Shown here: in pieces, positions 9,008 through 18,564 of the stretch
How the letters are laid out: every line of letters starts with the position of its first letter
Position numbering within the stretch: position 1 is the stretch's first letter
DNA from: an archaeon
Lineage (GTDB): Archaea > Methanobacteriota_B > Thermococci > Methanofastidiosales > NM3
Assembly: GCA_004212155.1 (NCBI GenBank)
Contig: RXIG01000002.1
Span: 24,820 to 88,819 of the forward strand
Reading direction: 5' to 3'
Length of the DNA: 64,000 bases
Position numbers and translations under genes: made by a program
Notes under the pieces: generated by a model
What the model was told of the DNA's origin: nothing
Seen by the model: only the letters and a program-made list of their open reading frames with translations
Databases searched by the model: none

Positions 9008-9391
9008 ATGGCAATCATCAGCGTATCATTGACAGACAAGATGCTCCACGACATCGATGCAGTCCAGCACGAGCTTGGATTCTCTGGACGCTCGGAGGTC
9101 ATACGGGCCGGCGCCAGGCTGCTCATCGAGGAGAGCAGGAGCGAGGAGCGCCTGCATGGCACCATCAGCTCCATCCTCATCCTCCTGCACGAAAAGAAGG
9201 CAGAGGATGCGATCACTGCGGTGAAGCACGAGTTCGAGGACATCATCAACACGCAGATCCACAATCATACCATGGAGAACAAATGTCTCGACATATTCAT
9301 CCTCAACGGCGATGCGGAGCGCATTCGCCAGCTTTCGACCACGTTCCAGACAAGCGGAAAGGTCGACTATCTCAAGTTAGTCGTTCCGTGA
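9008..9391 (+). CDS. nikR: NikR-family ribbon-helix-helix metal-responsive repressor
   Basis: IISVSLTDKMLHDIDAVQHELGFSGRSEVIRAGARLL is the RHH. C-terminal IHNHTMENKC fits the NikR HxH-x5-C nickel site. Divergent from the metal ABC operon. The track ORF starts at TTG 8999; ATG is at 9008. Confidence 0.75.
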   Translation: MAIISVSLTDKMLHDIDAVQHELGFSGRSEVIRAGARLLIEESRSEERLHGTISSILILLHEKKAEDAITAVKHEFEDIINTQIHNHTMENKCLDIFILNGDAERIRQLSTTFQTSGKVDYLKLVVP

Positions 9392-9791
9392 ATTGTTCGT
9401 ACCCCTCATTGACAAGCAACTCATCGATACGTTTCCCATCCGGTATACGAAAGAGGTGTGAACGGCATCTGCAGTCGCTTGCGCCGATGCCGGGAACGGG
9501 GGACAGGTGGCGTTGCAGCAGCGATGCGAGCCGGCATTCCTCCGACTTTTCAGACCCCATATAATATATTATCTCTATTGTGGCATGGTCGAGAACGTAG
9601 TCGATGTGCCAGTGGTGGCGCTTTTTCGTGCGCAGGTGCCGGATAACGCGCTGTCGTATGCCGCCCTGTGCCGAACCCACATACGCATATTGCCCTTTCT
9701 CCAGCGTTCGCTCCCCCTTGGCGCCGATACGTGTTGTGAACGTGGCCGGCACGTCAATGATGAGCACGTATGTTCCCCTGATCATCTTCAT
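9372..9791 (-). CDS. DUF123 / GIY-YIG-superfamily protein
   Basis: GTYVLIIDV...GQYAYVGSAQGGIRQRVIRHLRTKKRHHWHIDYVL matches the archaeal DUF123 pattern. The upstream part of track ORF 9372-10040 overlaps the next gene and is not protein-like. Confidence 0.65.
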   Translation of the reverse strand: MKMIRGTYVLIIDVPATFTTRIGAKGERTLEKGQYAYVGSAQGGIRQRVIRHLRTKKRHHWHIDYVLDHATIEIIYYMGSEKSEECRLASLLQRHLSPVPGIGASDCRCRSHLFRIPDGKRIDELLVNEGYEQFTERLT

Positions 9792-10290
9792 CCTCCAGCA
9801 GGGCAAGCACGCGCTGCTCGTACGCGATGAGCTCTTCCTGCGCCCGGTGGGCACAGCCCTTCCTATATCCTCTGTTAACGGCACCGTCTTCCACCGTTCG
9901 TGACAGCTCATCGAAGTGTGCCGCCCGTGCGATGACGCAGACATGGTCGTGATGTTTGATCCCCGAGAGTACCAGTGCAGGTCCGCCGATATCTGTCGTG
10001 AGCGTACCATCGAATGACCGGACGGGGGGAAGGAAGTCAACGACCACGTATGCTATCTCGCCTGTCGTTATCATCTTATGCACTGCCGGATGGAGCGTCT
10101 TGATCCCGCCTGCGCACATCGAGTCGAATCCGGTAACGTTGGAAACAGGCCTGCAATCGATCCCGTGTTCTGCCAGGTACGCCCGCGTGCCGGGGGTTGC
10201 GAGCACAAATACGCCTCTTGTTCGTAACGCGCTTGCCAGTCGTTCCACGCCATCCTTGTCGTGGACGCTGATGATGGCATACATGGTCAT
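9754..10290 (-). CDS. MGS-like domain protein, homolog of the PurH N-terminal IMP cyclohydrolase domain
   Basis: YAIISVHDKDGVERLASALRTRGVFVLATPGTRAYLAEHGI...GGIKTLHPAVH...VVVDFLPP...TDIGGPALVLSGIKHHDHVCVI parallels the PurH cyclohydrolase domain. Confidence 0.65.
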   Translation of the reverse strand: MTMYAIISVHDKDGVERLASALRTRGVFVLATPGTRAYLAEHGIDCRPVSNVTGFDSMCAGGIKTLHPAVHKMITTGEIAYVVVDFLPPVRSFDGTLTTDIGGPALVLSGIKHHDHVCVIARAAHFDELSRTVEDGAVNRGYRKGCAHRAQEELIAYEQRVLALLEDEDDQGNIRAHH

Positions 10291-10380
10291 CTTCTCGATC
10301 GGAATGGTATAACTTTTTTGTGCATCTTTTGGCACTTCTCGATGAGAAATATATTTAAGTACCAATCATAAGGTGTGAAC

Positions 10381-11757
10381 ATGGATTTTTACGAGCTTGC
10401 ACGCCGTTGCGCCACCCACGTTCGGGAGCATAGGGACGAGGAATTTCGCATCGTATCCCACATGGATGCCGACGGCATATCGAGCTGTGCGCTCGTATCA
10501 ACTGCGCTCGACCGCCTGGGCATCGAGCACGACTACACATGCATCAAGCTCAACGAGATGAATCGGGTCGAACCTGCCGACAACATGGTATTTTGTGACC
10601 TGGGAAGCGGCCAGCAGGACCAGATCGCCGAGCTCTTCCCCGACTCATCGGTCACGATCATCGACCATCACCAGTTCGAGGATTCACTCTTTGACCATCA
10701 TTTCAATCCATTCCTTGCGGGTGTCGACGGAGGGTCGGAGATCTCCGGGAGCGGCATGTCATACTTTTTCGCTCGCGCCCTTGACGAATCCAACACCGAC
10801 CTAGCCCCTCTTGCCATCGTCGGCGCCGTAGGAGACATGCAGGCGCTGTGGGGGCGGCTCAAAGGAATGAACAGGGAGATCGTTGCCGATGGCATCAGCC
10901 GTGGCGTCCTTTCAGCAGATCCCGATCTTCTCCTCTACGGCCGATTCACGCGGCCCATCTACAAGTCGATCCAATTCTTCTCGGACCCGCCCATACCGGG
11001 TATCTCGGGTAGCGAATCCAACGCCATTGCGCTCCTCTCGTCAATCGGCATATCCGTGCGTGAGGACCAGTGGCGCACCCCGTCCGACCTCACCCTCGAC
11101 GAGAAACAGCGCCTCGGCACCGAGATCATACGCAGGATCGTCTCCGAGCTGCCGCCCGAGTTCGCACGGCTTGCACCGAATCTCGTGTTCGGCGAGACCT
11201 ACACATTCATCAATGAGGAACGCTATTCCCCGCTTCGGGACGCATCCGAGTTCTCCACGTGTCTCAATGCGGCGGGACGCCACGACTGTCCTGACATTGG
11301 CGTCGAGGTCGCAAAGGGCAACCGAAGCATCTACTACGAAAAGCTCATGTCACTTGTCCGCAGGCATAGACAGCAGCTTGCCAAGGGCATAGGTCTCATC
11401 GAGTCGCGTGGTATATCGCGCCTCTCCCACCTACAGTACTTTGACGGAACGGGCATCTCCGACACCCTTGTCGGCACGGTCGCCGGACTCGTCCTCGGTT
11501 CGAAGGAGTGCGACCCCTTCACCCCGCTCATCGGCTACACGCCCACCAACGACCACATGCTCAAGGTATCGCTTCGCTGCTCGAAGCTCCTTGTGGGGCG
11601 CGAGCTCAACATGGGGCGCATCCTGCACGACGTGTCGCAACGTTACGACGGTGCAGGGGGCGGCCATGCGTTCGCATGCGGCGCTTTCATACCGCACGAG
11701 CATATCACGCCGTTTCTAGAGGACGTGTCGCATGCAGTTGGAGCGACCGCAGAATGA
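10381..11757 (+). CDS. Archaeal RecJ/Cdc45-like DHH-family nuclease (GAN/RecJ-like)
   Basis: Has SHMDADGISS, FCDLGSG, IIDHHQ (DHH), GAVGDMQ and C-terminal GGGHAFACGA (DHHA1). ATG at 10381 is preceded by AAGGTG. Confidence 0.8.
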   Translation: MDFYELARRCATHVREHRDEEFRIVSHMDADGISSCALVSTALDRLGIEHDYTCIKLNEMNRVEPADNMVFCDLGSGQQDQIAELFPDSSVTIIDHHQFEDSLFDHHFNPFLAGVDGGSEISGSGMSYFFARALDESNTDLAPLAIVGAVGDMQALWGRLKGMNREIVADGISRGVLSADPDLLLYGRFTRPIYKSIQFFSDPPIPGISGSESNAIALLSSIGISVREDQWRTPSDLTLDEKQRLGTEIIRRIVSELPPEFARLAPNLVFGETYTFINEERYSPLRDASEFSTCLNAAGRHDCPDIGVEVAKGNRSIYYEKLMSLVRRHRQQLAKGIGLIESRGISRLSHLQYFDGTGISDTLVGTVAGLVLGSKECDPFTPLIGYTPTNDHMLKVSLRCSKLLVGRELNMGRILHDVSQRYDGAGGGHAFACGAFIPHEHITPFLEDVSHAVGATAE

Positions 11758-11782
11758 AGCGCAAGCATTTTTAACCGAAAAG

Positions 11783-11790
11783 TTTAAAAA
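11783..11790 (+). promoter_or_regulatory. TATA box (TTTAAAAA) with purine-rich BRE-like CGAAAAG upstream; predicted promoter of the 5S rRNA/tRNA-Asp unit
   Basis: Centre lies about 25 nt upstream of the inferred 5S 5' end at 11812, the usual archaeal spacing. Confidence 0.6.
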
Positions 11791-11811
11791 TGACCGTTGT
11801 TTACAACAAAT

Positions 11812-11930
11812 CCGGCACGGCGGTCACAGCAAGAGAGCCACACCTGGTCTCATTCCGAACCCAGCAGTAAAGCCTCTTTGCGATTCGGGTTGTACTACCC
11901 TCGGTGGGAATCCCGAGACGCTGCCGGCCC
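11812..11930 (+). rRNA. rrf: 5S ribosomal RNA, not linked to 16S/23S in this window
   Basis: CCGGCACGGCGGTCACAGC...CCACACCTGGTCTCATTCCGAACCCAGCAGTAAAGCC...GTACTACCCTCGGTGGGAATCCCGAGACGCTGCCGG. The termini pair (CCGGCA/TGCCGG), and the loop C and helix IV consensus segments are present. Confidence 0.9.
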
Positions 11931-11944
11931 CTTATGTTGACGTT

Positions 11945-12022
11945 GCCCGGGTAGTGTAGTCCGGTCTATCATACAGGACTGTCACTCCTGTGACTCGGGT
12001 CCGAATCCCGGCCCGGGCGCCA
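11945..12022 (+). tRNA. tRNA-Asp (anticodon GTC), CCA encoded
   Basis: Acceptor GCCCGGG/CCCGGGC. Anticodon arm CAGGA-CTGTCAC-TCCTG. T arm TCGGG-TCCGAAT-CCCGG. Ends GCCA. Lies 14 nt after the 5S. Confidence 0.9.
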
Positions 12023-12155
12023 ACTTTAAGATATAAACGGGTGATGGCATAGATTGTGGAGAATATGGAGGCCATGTTTTTTAATGATTCTTACCGTAGA
12101 AGAAGAAATTATAAAGGTCTCTGGTGCGCCGCTCCTCAGTATAAACAACGTAGAT

Positions 12156-12229
12156 GGGCCTGTAGCTCAGTCTGGAAGAGCACCTGGCTTTTAACCAGGT
12201 GGTCGCGGGTTCAAACCCCGTCGGGCCCG
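12156..12229 (+). tRNA. tRNA-Lys (anticodon TTT)
   Basis: Acceptor GGGCCTG/CGGGCCC. D arm GCTC...GAGC. Anticodon arm CCTGG-CTTTTAA-CCAGG. T arm GCGGG-TTCAAAC-CCCGT. No encoded CCA. Confidence 0.9.
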
Positions 12230-12272
12230 CTTCTTTATCAATTATTAGTGTCTCAAGTAGGGTGATGTCGTT

Positions 12273-12548
12273 ATGAGCAAGGTAAATATAGTCGAACATG
12301 AGTTGGTTCCCCAGCACATCGTATTAAGTCCGGAAGAGGAAGAGGTTGTTTTGAAGAAGTATAACATAGACAGGAACAATCTTCCCCTTATCAAATCGAC
12401 TGATCCGATAATCCAGGAGCTTGAGGAGCAGCTCGCAGAACAATCAGAGGACGAGGGGAAGGTCTCCTTGAAGGGAAGAATTATTAAAATCATCAGAAAT
12501 AACTCTCCTGCAGGCGAGGGAGTGTATTACCGTTACGTAATTGAGTAG
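12273..12548 (+). CDS. rpoH: DNA-directed RNA polymerase subunit H (Rpo5)
   Basis: 91 aa. [26 protein letters not shown]...[10 protein letters not shown]...[20 protein letters not shown]. Sits ahead of rpoB; GGTGAT lies upstream. Confidence 0.9.
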   Translation: MSKVNIVEHELVPQHIVLSPEEEEVVLKKYNIDRNNLPLIKSTDPIIQELEEQLAEQSEDEGKVSLKGRIIKIIRNNSPAGEGVYYRYVIE

Positions 12549-12559
12549 AGGTAGATGTA

Positions 12560-15500
12560 ATGGATGGCTGGCCAGTAATCAACTCATTTTTTGAAGAAAA
12601 GGGATTTGTGAGACAACATCTCGATTCGTACAATGATTTCGTGACCCGTGGGCTTCAGGAGATCATTGACGAGATCGGTGTCATCGAGACCGATTTCGAC
12701 GAGTTCAACGTAAAGTTTGGTAAGGTACGGTATGGACAACCGGTCATCAAGGAGGCAGACGGTTCAAAGCGTGCGCTCTATCCGTCCGAGTGCCGGTTGC
12801 GCGGCCTTACGTACTCCGTTCCTCTCTACCTCGAAATGTGCGCCCAGATGCCCGACGGCGAGCTCAGCGAGGCTGCCGACGTCTACGTTGGCGAGCTTCC
12901 CGTCATGCTCAAATCGGTATCGTGCGTCCTGTCCAACAAGGACAACGATGAGCTTATCAACCTCGGCGAGGACCCGAACGACCCGGGCGGGTACTTCATC
13001 GTCAACGGCACCGAGAAGGTGATCGTTGCCATCGAGGACCTTGCGCCAAACAGGATACTCGTCGAGAAGGACGACCGTACCGAGTCGTGCATCGCCAAGG
13101 TGTTCTCCACCAGACAGGGCTTCAGGTCGCTTGTGAAGATAGAGCGGAAGCGCGATGGCATGCTTGATGTCTCGTTCCCCTCGGTACCTGGAAAGGTGCC
13201 ATTCGTCGTGCTCATGAAGGCGATGGGCCTCACCTCCGATCAGCAGGTCGTAATGTCTGTTTCGGCCGACCCGGAGATCCAAAAGGAGCTTTTGGACAAT
13301 CTCGAAAGCTCAATAGACATCACGAGCGAGGAGGACGCACTTGATGTCATCGGCAAGAAGGTAGCCATAGGGCAGCTGCAGGAATACCGGCTCAAGCGGG
13401 CCTCGGACTCGGTCGACAGGTACCTGCTCCCCCATATCGGCACTGAGCAGGAGGATCGTCTGAGAAAGGCGTACTACCTCGGCATCATGGCAGAGCGTGT
13501 CATCGAACTCGCCCTTGGGAAGCGCGACGAGGACGACAAGGACCACTACACGAACAAGCGCTGGAAGCTCGCGGGCGAGCTTCTCAAGAATCTTTTCAGA
13601 TTATCATTTATCCAACTGACGCGCGACGTCAAGTACCAGCTCGAGCGAACATATGCCCGTGGCAGGTACGACGCCACGAAGCAAAGCGAGTTCATTCGCA
13701 AGTCGGTGCGATCCGATGTCCTTACCGAGCGCATACGCCATGCCATCGCCACCGGCAGCTGGCCAGGTGGACGAACGGGTGTGTCGCAGCTCATGGACTC
13801 GGTCAACTTCATGTCGAGGCTCTCACATCTCCGGCGTGTCGTCTCACCGCTTTCGCGCAGTCAATCGCATTTCGAGGCACGCGACCTCCATCCGACACAC
13901 TGGGGCCGCATTTGCCCCAATGAGACGCCGGAGGGCCCGAACTGTGGCCTTGTGAAGAACATGGCGCTTATGAGCGCCGTGTCCGTTGCCGCCGACGAGG
14001 AGGAGCTTGAAGGCTACCTCAACAACATGGGACTGCAGGAGCTCGACAAACGTAGCGGCCCCCAGCAGCTTACATACGTCTATCTTAACGGGAACCTCAT
14101 CGGGCTTCATGAGAACGGTGACGAACTGGTTGAGAAGGTCAGGAAGGACCGGCGCACCGGCTACATATCCCGTCAGGTCAACGTCGCCTACTACCCGCTC
14201 ACAAAGGAGCTCCACATCAACTGCGACGGCGGCAGGGCACGACGTCCGCTCATCATCGTCGAGAACGGAGTGCCCCTCCTCACGGAAGGAGTCATCGAGA
14301 AGCTTGCCAAGCGCGACCTTGTCTGGCAGGACCTCGTTGACCAGGGCATCGTCGAGTTCCTCGACGCAGAGGAGGAGGAAAACGCGTTCGTGGCCGTCTA
14401 CGAGGAGGAGCTCACCCCCAAGCACACCCATTTCGAGATATATCCCGGCTCGATCCTTGGCATATCGGCAAGCATCGTCCCGTTCCCCGAACACAACGCC
14501 GCGCCGCGCAACTCGTATGGTGCCGGCATGGCCAAGCAGGCGCTCGGCTTTGCCAAGGCGAACTTCAAGTGGGGGGTCGAGACGCGCGAGCATCTCATGC
14601 ACTACCCACAGGTGCCCCTTGTCAACACACGTGTGCTCGATGCCGTTGGGTTCGACAGGCGCCCCGCGGGCCAGAACTTCGTCGTAGCCATCATGTCGTA
14701 TTACGGCTACAACATCGAGGATGCACTCGTCATCAACAAAGGATCGATCGAACGTGGTCTTGGACGCACATCTTTTTTCCGCACGTACGCCACCGAGGAG
14801 CGCAGGTATCCTGGAGGACAAGTCGACAAGTTCGAGATGCCCGACCAGACGATCCGCGGGTTCCGCGGAAACGAGGCGTACCAGTACCTTGGAAACGACG
14901 GCATCATCGAGCTCGAATCAGTCGTCTCGGGCGGAAGCGTCATCATCGGACGCACCAGCCCGCCCCGTTTCCTGCAGGAGCTTGACGAGTTCGGCATTGA
15001 CATCGCCGGCAGGGGCGAGACATCGATAGCGATACGCCCGGGAGAGGAAGGTATCATCGATATGGTCATCATGTCAGAGACCCAGGACGGCAACAAGCTC
15101 GCAAAGATAAAGATGCGAAATCAGCGCATACCAGAACTTGGCGACAAGTTCGCATCGCGCCACGGACAGAAGGGAGTTATCGGCTACGTCATGGCGCAGG
15201 AAGACATGCCATTTACCGAATCAGGCATCGTTCCAGACCTCATCATCAATCCGCATGCCATCCCTTCGCGTAAGACGGTGGGTCAGATCCTCGAAATGAT
15301 AGGCGGCAAGGTTGGAGCGCTCCAGGGCCGCTTTGTCAATGCCACCGCCTTTGACAACGAGGACGAACCCGACCTCAGGAAGGCGCTCACCGAGAACGGA
15401 TTCAAGCACTCTGGTAAGGAAGTGCTCTACAACGGCGTCACGGGTGAGATGATGCTCGCCGACATCTTCGTCGGGGTTGCCTACTATCAGAAGCTCCACC

Positions 15501-15877
15501 ACATGGTTGCCGACAAGATGCATGCCCGTTCCCGCGGACCACGCCAGATGCTGACGCGCCAGCCAACGGAAGGCAAGGCGCGCGAGGGTGGTCTTCGTTT
15601 CGGCGAGATGGAGCGCGATTGCCTCGTAGGACACGGGGCCGCAATGCTGCTCCAGGAGCGTCTGCTCGAGTCGTCAGACAAGTACAACGTGCTTGTTTGC
15701 GGAAAATGCGGCAGCCTTGCCGTCTACGACAAGATGCGCAACCAAAAGTACTGCCCGTTATGCTCGGAGGAGATCGACATACACGTCGTCGAGGTCTCGT
15801 ACGCGTTCAAACTGCTCATACAGGAACTCGAATCGATGCTCATACGTCCCAAGCTGACGATGGAGGACAGGGCGTGA
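12560..15877 (+). CDS. rpoB: DNA-directed RNA polymerase subunit B (Rpo2), unsplit
   Basis: 1105 aa. Has [34 protein letters not shown] and a C-terminal Zn ribbon CGKCG...CPLC. Confidence 0.97.
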   Translation: MDGWPVINSFFEEKGFVRQHLDSYNDFVTRGLQEIIDEIGVIETDFDEFNVKFGKVRYGQPVIKEADGSKRALYPSECRLRGLTYSVPLYLEMCAQMPDGELSEAADVYVGELPVMLKSVSCVLSNKDNDELINLGEDPNDPGGYFIVNGTEKVIVAIEDLAPNRILVEKDDRTESCIAKVFSTRQGFRSLVKIERKRDGMLDVSFPSVPGKVPFVVLMKAMGLTSDQQVVMSVSADPEIQKELLDNLESSIDITSEEDALDVIGKKVAIGQLQEYRLKRASDSVDRYLLPHIGTEQEDRLRKAYYLGIMAERVIELALGKRDEDDKDHYTNKRWKLAGELLKNLFRLSFIQLTRDVKYQLERTYARGRYDATKQSEFIRKSVRSDVLTERIRHAIATGSWPGGRTGVSQLMDSVNFMSRLSHLRRVVSPLSRSQSHFEARDLHPTHWGRICPNETPEGPNCGLVKNMALMSAVSVAADEEELEGYLNNMGLQELDKRSGPQQLTYVYLNGNLIGLHENGDELVEKVRKDRRTGYISRQVNVAYYPLTKELHINCDGGRARRPLIIVENGVPLLTEGVIEKLAKRDLVWQDLVDQGIVEFLDAEEEENAFVAVYEEELTPKHTHFEIYPGSILGISASIVPFPEHNAAPRNSYGAGMAKQALGFAKANFKWGVETREHLMHYPQVPLVNTRVLDAVGFDRRPAGQNFVVAIMSYYGYNIEDALVINKGSIERGLGRTSFFRTYATEERRYPGGQVDKFEMPDQTIRGFRGNEAYQYLGNDGIIELESVVSGGSVIIGRTSPPRFLQELDEFGIDIAGRGETSIAIRPGEEGIIDMVIMSETQDGNKLAKIKMRNQRIPELGDKFASRHGQKGVIGYVMAQEDMPFTESGIVPDLIINPHAIPSRKTVGQILEMIGGKVGALQGRFVNATAFDNEDEPDLRKALTENGFKHSGKEVLYNGVTGEMMLADIFVGVAYYQKLHHMVADKMHARSRGPRQMLTRQPTEGKAREGGLRFGEMERDCLVGHGAAMLLQERLLESSDKYNVLVCGKCGSLAVYDKMRNQKYCPLCSEEIDIHVVEVSYAFKLLIQELESMLIRPKLTMEDRA

Positions 15878-15881
15878 TCGT

Positions 15882-18560
15882 ATGAATGAAGAAGACATTA
15901 TGCTTTTTGGACCGCCGAAGAAGATCAAGGAGATTTCGTTTGGCGTCTTCTCCCCGGAAAACGTTCGCAAGGTATCAGTTACCACCATCATACAGGCCGA
16001 TACCTACGACGACGAGGGGTACCCCATCAACGGAGGGCTCATGGACCCGAAGCTTGGCGTCATCGATCCCGGCCTGAAATGTCGGACATGCAACCTCAAG
16101 TTCGGCGAGTGCCAGGGCCACTTTGGCCATATCGAGCTATCGCGCCCCGTCATACACGTCGGGTACTCGAAGGAGATCTACGACATTCTCAAGGCAACGT
16201 GCAAGGAGTGCTCGCGGCTTTTGCTCACTGAGGAACGCATCGAGCATTACGAGGAGAAACTCCGCCAGGAGGGTGTACGCGGCAGCATACGCCAGTCAAT
16301 CATATCGGACGTGCTCTCCGAGGCAGCGAAGAAGAAAGGCGTGCTCAAGGACTCGACATGCCCCCATTGCGGCACCGACCAGCTCAAGGTGAAGTTCGAG
16401 AAGCCTACCTCGTACAAGGAAGGTGACAAGAAGCTCACGCCCTCCGACATCAGGGAACGCTTCGAGAAGATCACTGAGCGTGATGCGCGCCTGATGGGTT
16501 GGAATACGGAAGTCTCGCGTCCCGAGTGGGCAATACTTACCGTCCTCCCTGTGGCACCAGTGACGGTCAGACCATCGATCACCCTTGAATCAGGAATACG
16601 TTCGGAGGACGACCTTACCCACAAACTTGTTGACATTATACGCATCAATCAGCGACTCAGGGAAAATCTTGACGCGGGCGCGCCGCAGCTTATCGTCGAG
16701 GACCTCTGGGAGCTCCTCCAGTACCACGTCACCACATACTTTGACAACGAGGTCTCGGGTGTGCCTCCTGCACGCCATCGCTCAGGCCGCGTGCTCAAGA
16801 CCCTCACACAGCGCCTCAAGGGAAAGGAGGGACGATTCAGGAACAACCTTTCGGGAAAGCGCGTCGACTTCTCGGCACGCACGGTGATATCCCCCGATCC
16901 CAACATCTCGATTAACGAGGTGGGCGTCCCTGATTTCATAGCAATGGAGCTTACTGTGCCCGAGCGCGTAACGTCGCGTAACATCGAGCGCATGCGCCAG
17001 ATCGTGCTCAAGGGCTCGAATGCATACCCTGGCGCCAATTACATCCTCCGCCCCGATGGCAAGCGCAAACGTGTCACTGACATCACGAGCGACATACTGG
17101 CCGAGGAGCTTGAGGAGGGCTACACGGTCGAGCGACACCTTCGCGACGGCGACATCGTGCTGTTCAATAGGCAGCCGTCGCTGCACAGGCTCTCGATCAT
17201 GGCGCACGAGGTGCGCGTGATGCCATACAAGACGTTCCGTCTCAATCTCTGCGTCTGTCCGCCATACAACGCCGACTTCGACGGGGACGAGATGAACATG
17301 CACGTTCCCCAGACCGAGGAGGCTCAGGCAGAGGCGCGCATCCTGATGCGCGTGCAGGAGCAGATCATCTCGCCGCGATTCGGCGAACCGGTCATCGGTG
17401 GCAGCCAGGATTATCTTTCTGGCGCCTACATCCTTACCAAACGCGGCACCAGATTCACCCGTTCTCAGATGGATCAGATGATGTATGTCTCCGACATAGA
17501 CGCGGTGCTTCCCGAGCCTGCGGGCGAAGAGGATGGCAAGCCCTACTGGACAGGAAAGCAGGTCTTTTCGCTGCTGCTGCCAGACGACCTCAACATCTCA
17601 TACAAGTCCAAGATATGCCAGAAGTGCGACGTTTGCGAGTACCGCGACTGCAAATACGATGCGTACGTCCTCATCGAGGATGGGGTGCTCAAGACCGGCG
17701 TCGTCGACGGCGCTACGTTCAAGGCACGGTCGAACTGCAAGCTCCTCGACAAGCTTGTCAAGGACTACGGCACCGACGTGGGACGCAAGTTCCTTGACTC
17801 GGTGACCCGCCTCATCCTATGGAGCAACGCGCTCATAGGATTCACCACGGGCATCGACGACGAGGACCTCCCCAAGGAGGCGCTCAATCTCATCGAGAAG
17901 GTGCTTACCGAGGGCAAGGACAAGGTCAAGCGCCTCATCGAATCGTATCGTGAGGGGTATCTCGAGCCACTTCCCGGCCGAAGCGAGCGCGAGACGCTCG
18001 AGTCACGCATCATGCAGGCACTCGCCGAGGCGCGTGACAAGGCAGGCACGATCTCAGAGCGTTACCTTGGCATGAACCGGGGCGCTGTCGTCATGGCAAA
18101 GACCGGTGCGAAGGGTAACATGCTCGACCTCACGCAGATGAGCGCTGCGCTTGGACAGATGTCGGTGCGCGGCAACAGGCTGCATCGCGGATATGCGAAA
18201 CGATCGCTTTCATCATTTGACCGCGAGGACCTCAGCGCAGCATCGCGCGGGTTCGTCTCATCATCCTACAAGCAGGGGCTCAACCCCAAGGAGTTCTTCT
18301 TCCATGCCATGGGCGGCAGGGAAGGCCTCGTCGACACTGCGGTGCGTACCGCCCAGAGCGGCTATATGCAGCGCAGGCTCATGAACGCGTTGCAGGACCT
18401 GAGCGTCCGTTACGACGGCACCGTGCGCACCAACGACGACATCATCGTGCAGTTCATGTACGGCGAGGACGGCATCGACCCGGCAAAGTCGACGTACGGC
18501 AAGGCCGTGGACATCGACTGGATCGTCCACAAAAACATAAAAGCGAAGAAGGGGGCCTGA
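15882..18560 (+). CDS. rpoA1: DNA-directed RNA polymerase subunit A' (Rpo1N)
   Basis: 892 aa. Has CRTCNLKFGECQGHFGHIEL, the catalytic NADFDGDEMN, and RQPSLHRLS. Confidence 0.97.
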   Translation: MNEEDIMLFGPPKKIKEISFGVFSPENVRKVSVTTIIQADTYDDEGYPINGGLMDPKLGVIDPGLKCRTCNLKFGECQGHFGHIELSRPVIHVGYSKEIYDILKATCKECSRLLLTEERIEHYEEKLRQEGVRGSIRQSIISDVLSEAAKKKGVLKDSTCPHCGTDQLKVKFEKPTSYKEGDKKLTPSDIRERFEKITERDARLMGWNTEVSRPEWAILTVLPVAPVTVRPSITLESGIRSEDDLTHKLVDIIRINQRLRENLDAGAPQLIVEDLWELLQYHVTTYFDNEVSGVPPARHRSGRVLKTLTQRLKGKEGRFRNNLSGKRVDFSARTVISPDPNISINEVGVPDFIAMELTVPERVTSRNIERMRQIVLKGSNAYPGANYILRPDGKRKRVTDITSDILAEELEEGYTVERHLRDGDIVLFNRQPSLHRLSIMAHEVRVMPYKTFRLNLCVCPPYNADFDGDEMNMHVPQTEEAQAEARILMRVQEQIISPRFGEPVIGGSQDYLSGAYILTKRGTRFTRSQMDQMMYVSDIDAVLPEPAGEEDGKPYWTGKQVFSLLLPDDLNISYKSKICQKCDVCEYRDCKYDAYVLIEDGVLKTGVVDGATFKARSNCKLLDKLVKDYGTDVGRKFLDSVTRLILWSNALIGFTTGIDDEDLPKEALNLIEKVLTEGKDKVKRLIESYREGYLEPLPGRSERETLESRIMQALAEARDKAGTISERYLGMNRGAVVMAKTGAKGNMLDLTQMSAALGQMSVRGNRLHRGYAKRSLSSFDREDLSAASRGFVSSSYKQGLNPKEFFFHAMGGREGLVDTAVRTAQSGYMQRRLMNALQDLSVRYDGTVRTNDDIIVQFMYGEDGIDPAKSTYGKAVDIDWIVHKNIKAKKGA

Positions 18561-18564
18561 AGTT

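Noticed and set aside
9792-10040. N-terminal extension of the DUF123 ORF.
   Set aside because: It overlaps the PurH-N-like gene in another frame and has a Ser/Arg/His-rich composition. The family-typical sequence starts at MKMIRGTYV.
12023-12155. Possible C/D-box sRNA between tRNA-Asp and tRNA-Lys (GTGATGG ... AATGATT). A similar look was taken at 2260-2300 and 53397-53420.
   Set aside because: No proper D/D' boxes (CUGA) lie at the required spacing, and the C boxes are non-canonical.
13844-14821. 325-aa ORF antisense to rpoB. Similar long antisense ORFs occur at 21713-22567 (EF-2), 43891-44826 (PaaK-like), 46847-47764 (NTPase/TPR), 40430-41152 (exonuclease) and 59971-60984 (FAU-1).
   Set aside because: All lie opposite strongly supported genes and have no recognisable motifs. 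Their composition is shadow-ORF-like (Arg/Val/Asp/His/Leu-rich with few Lys/Asn).
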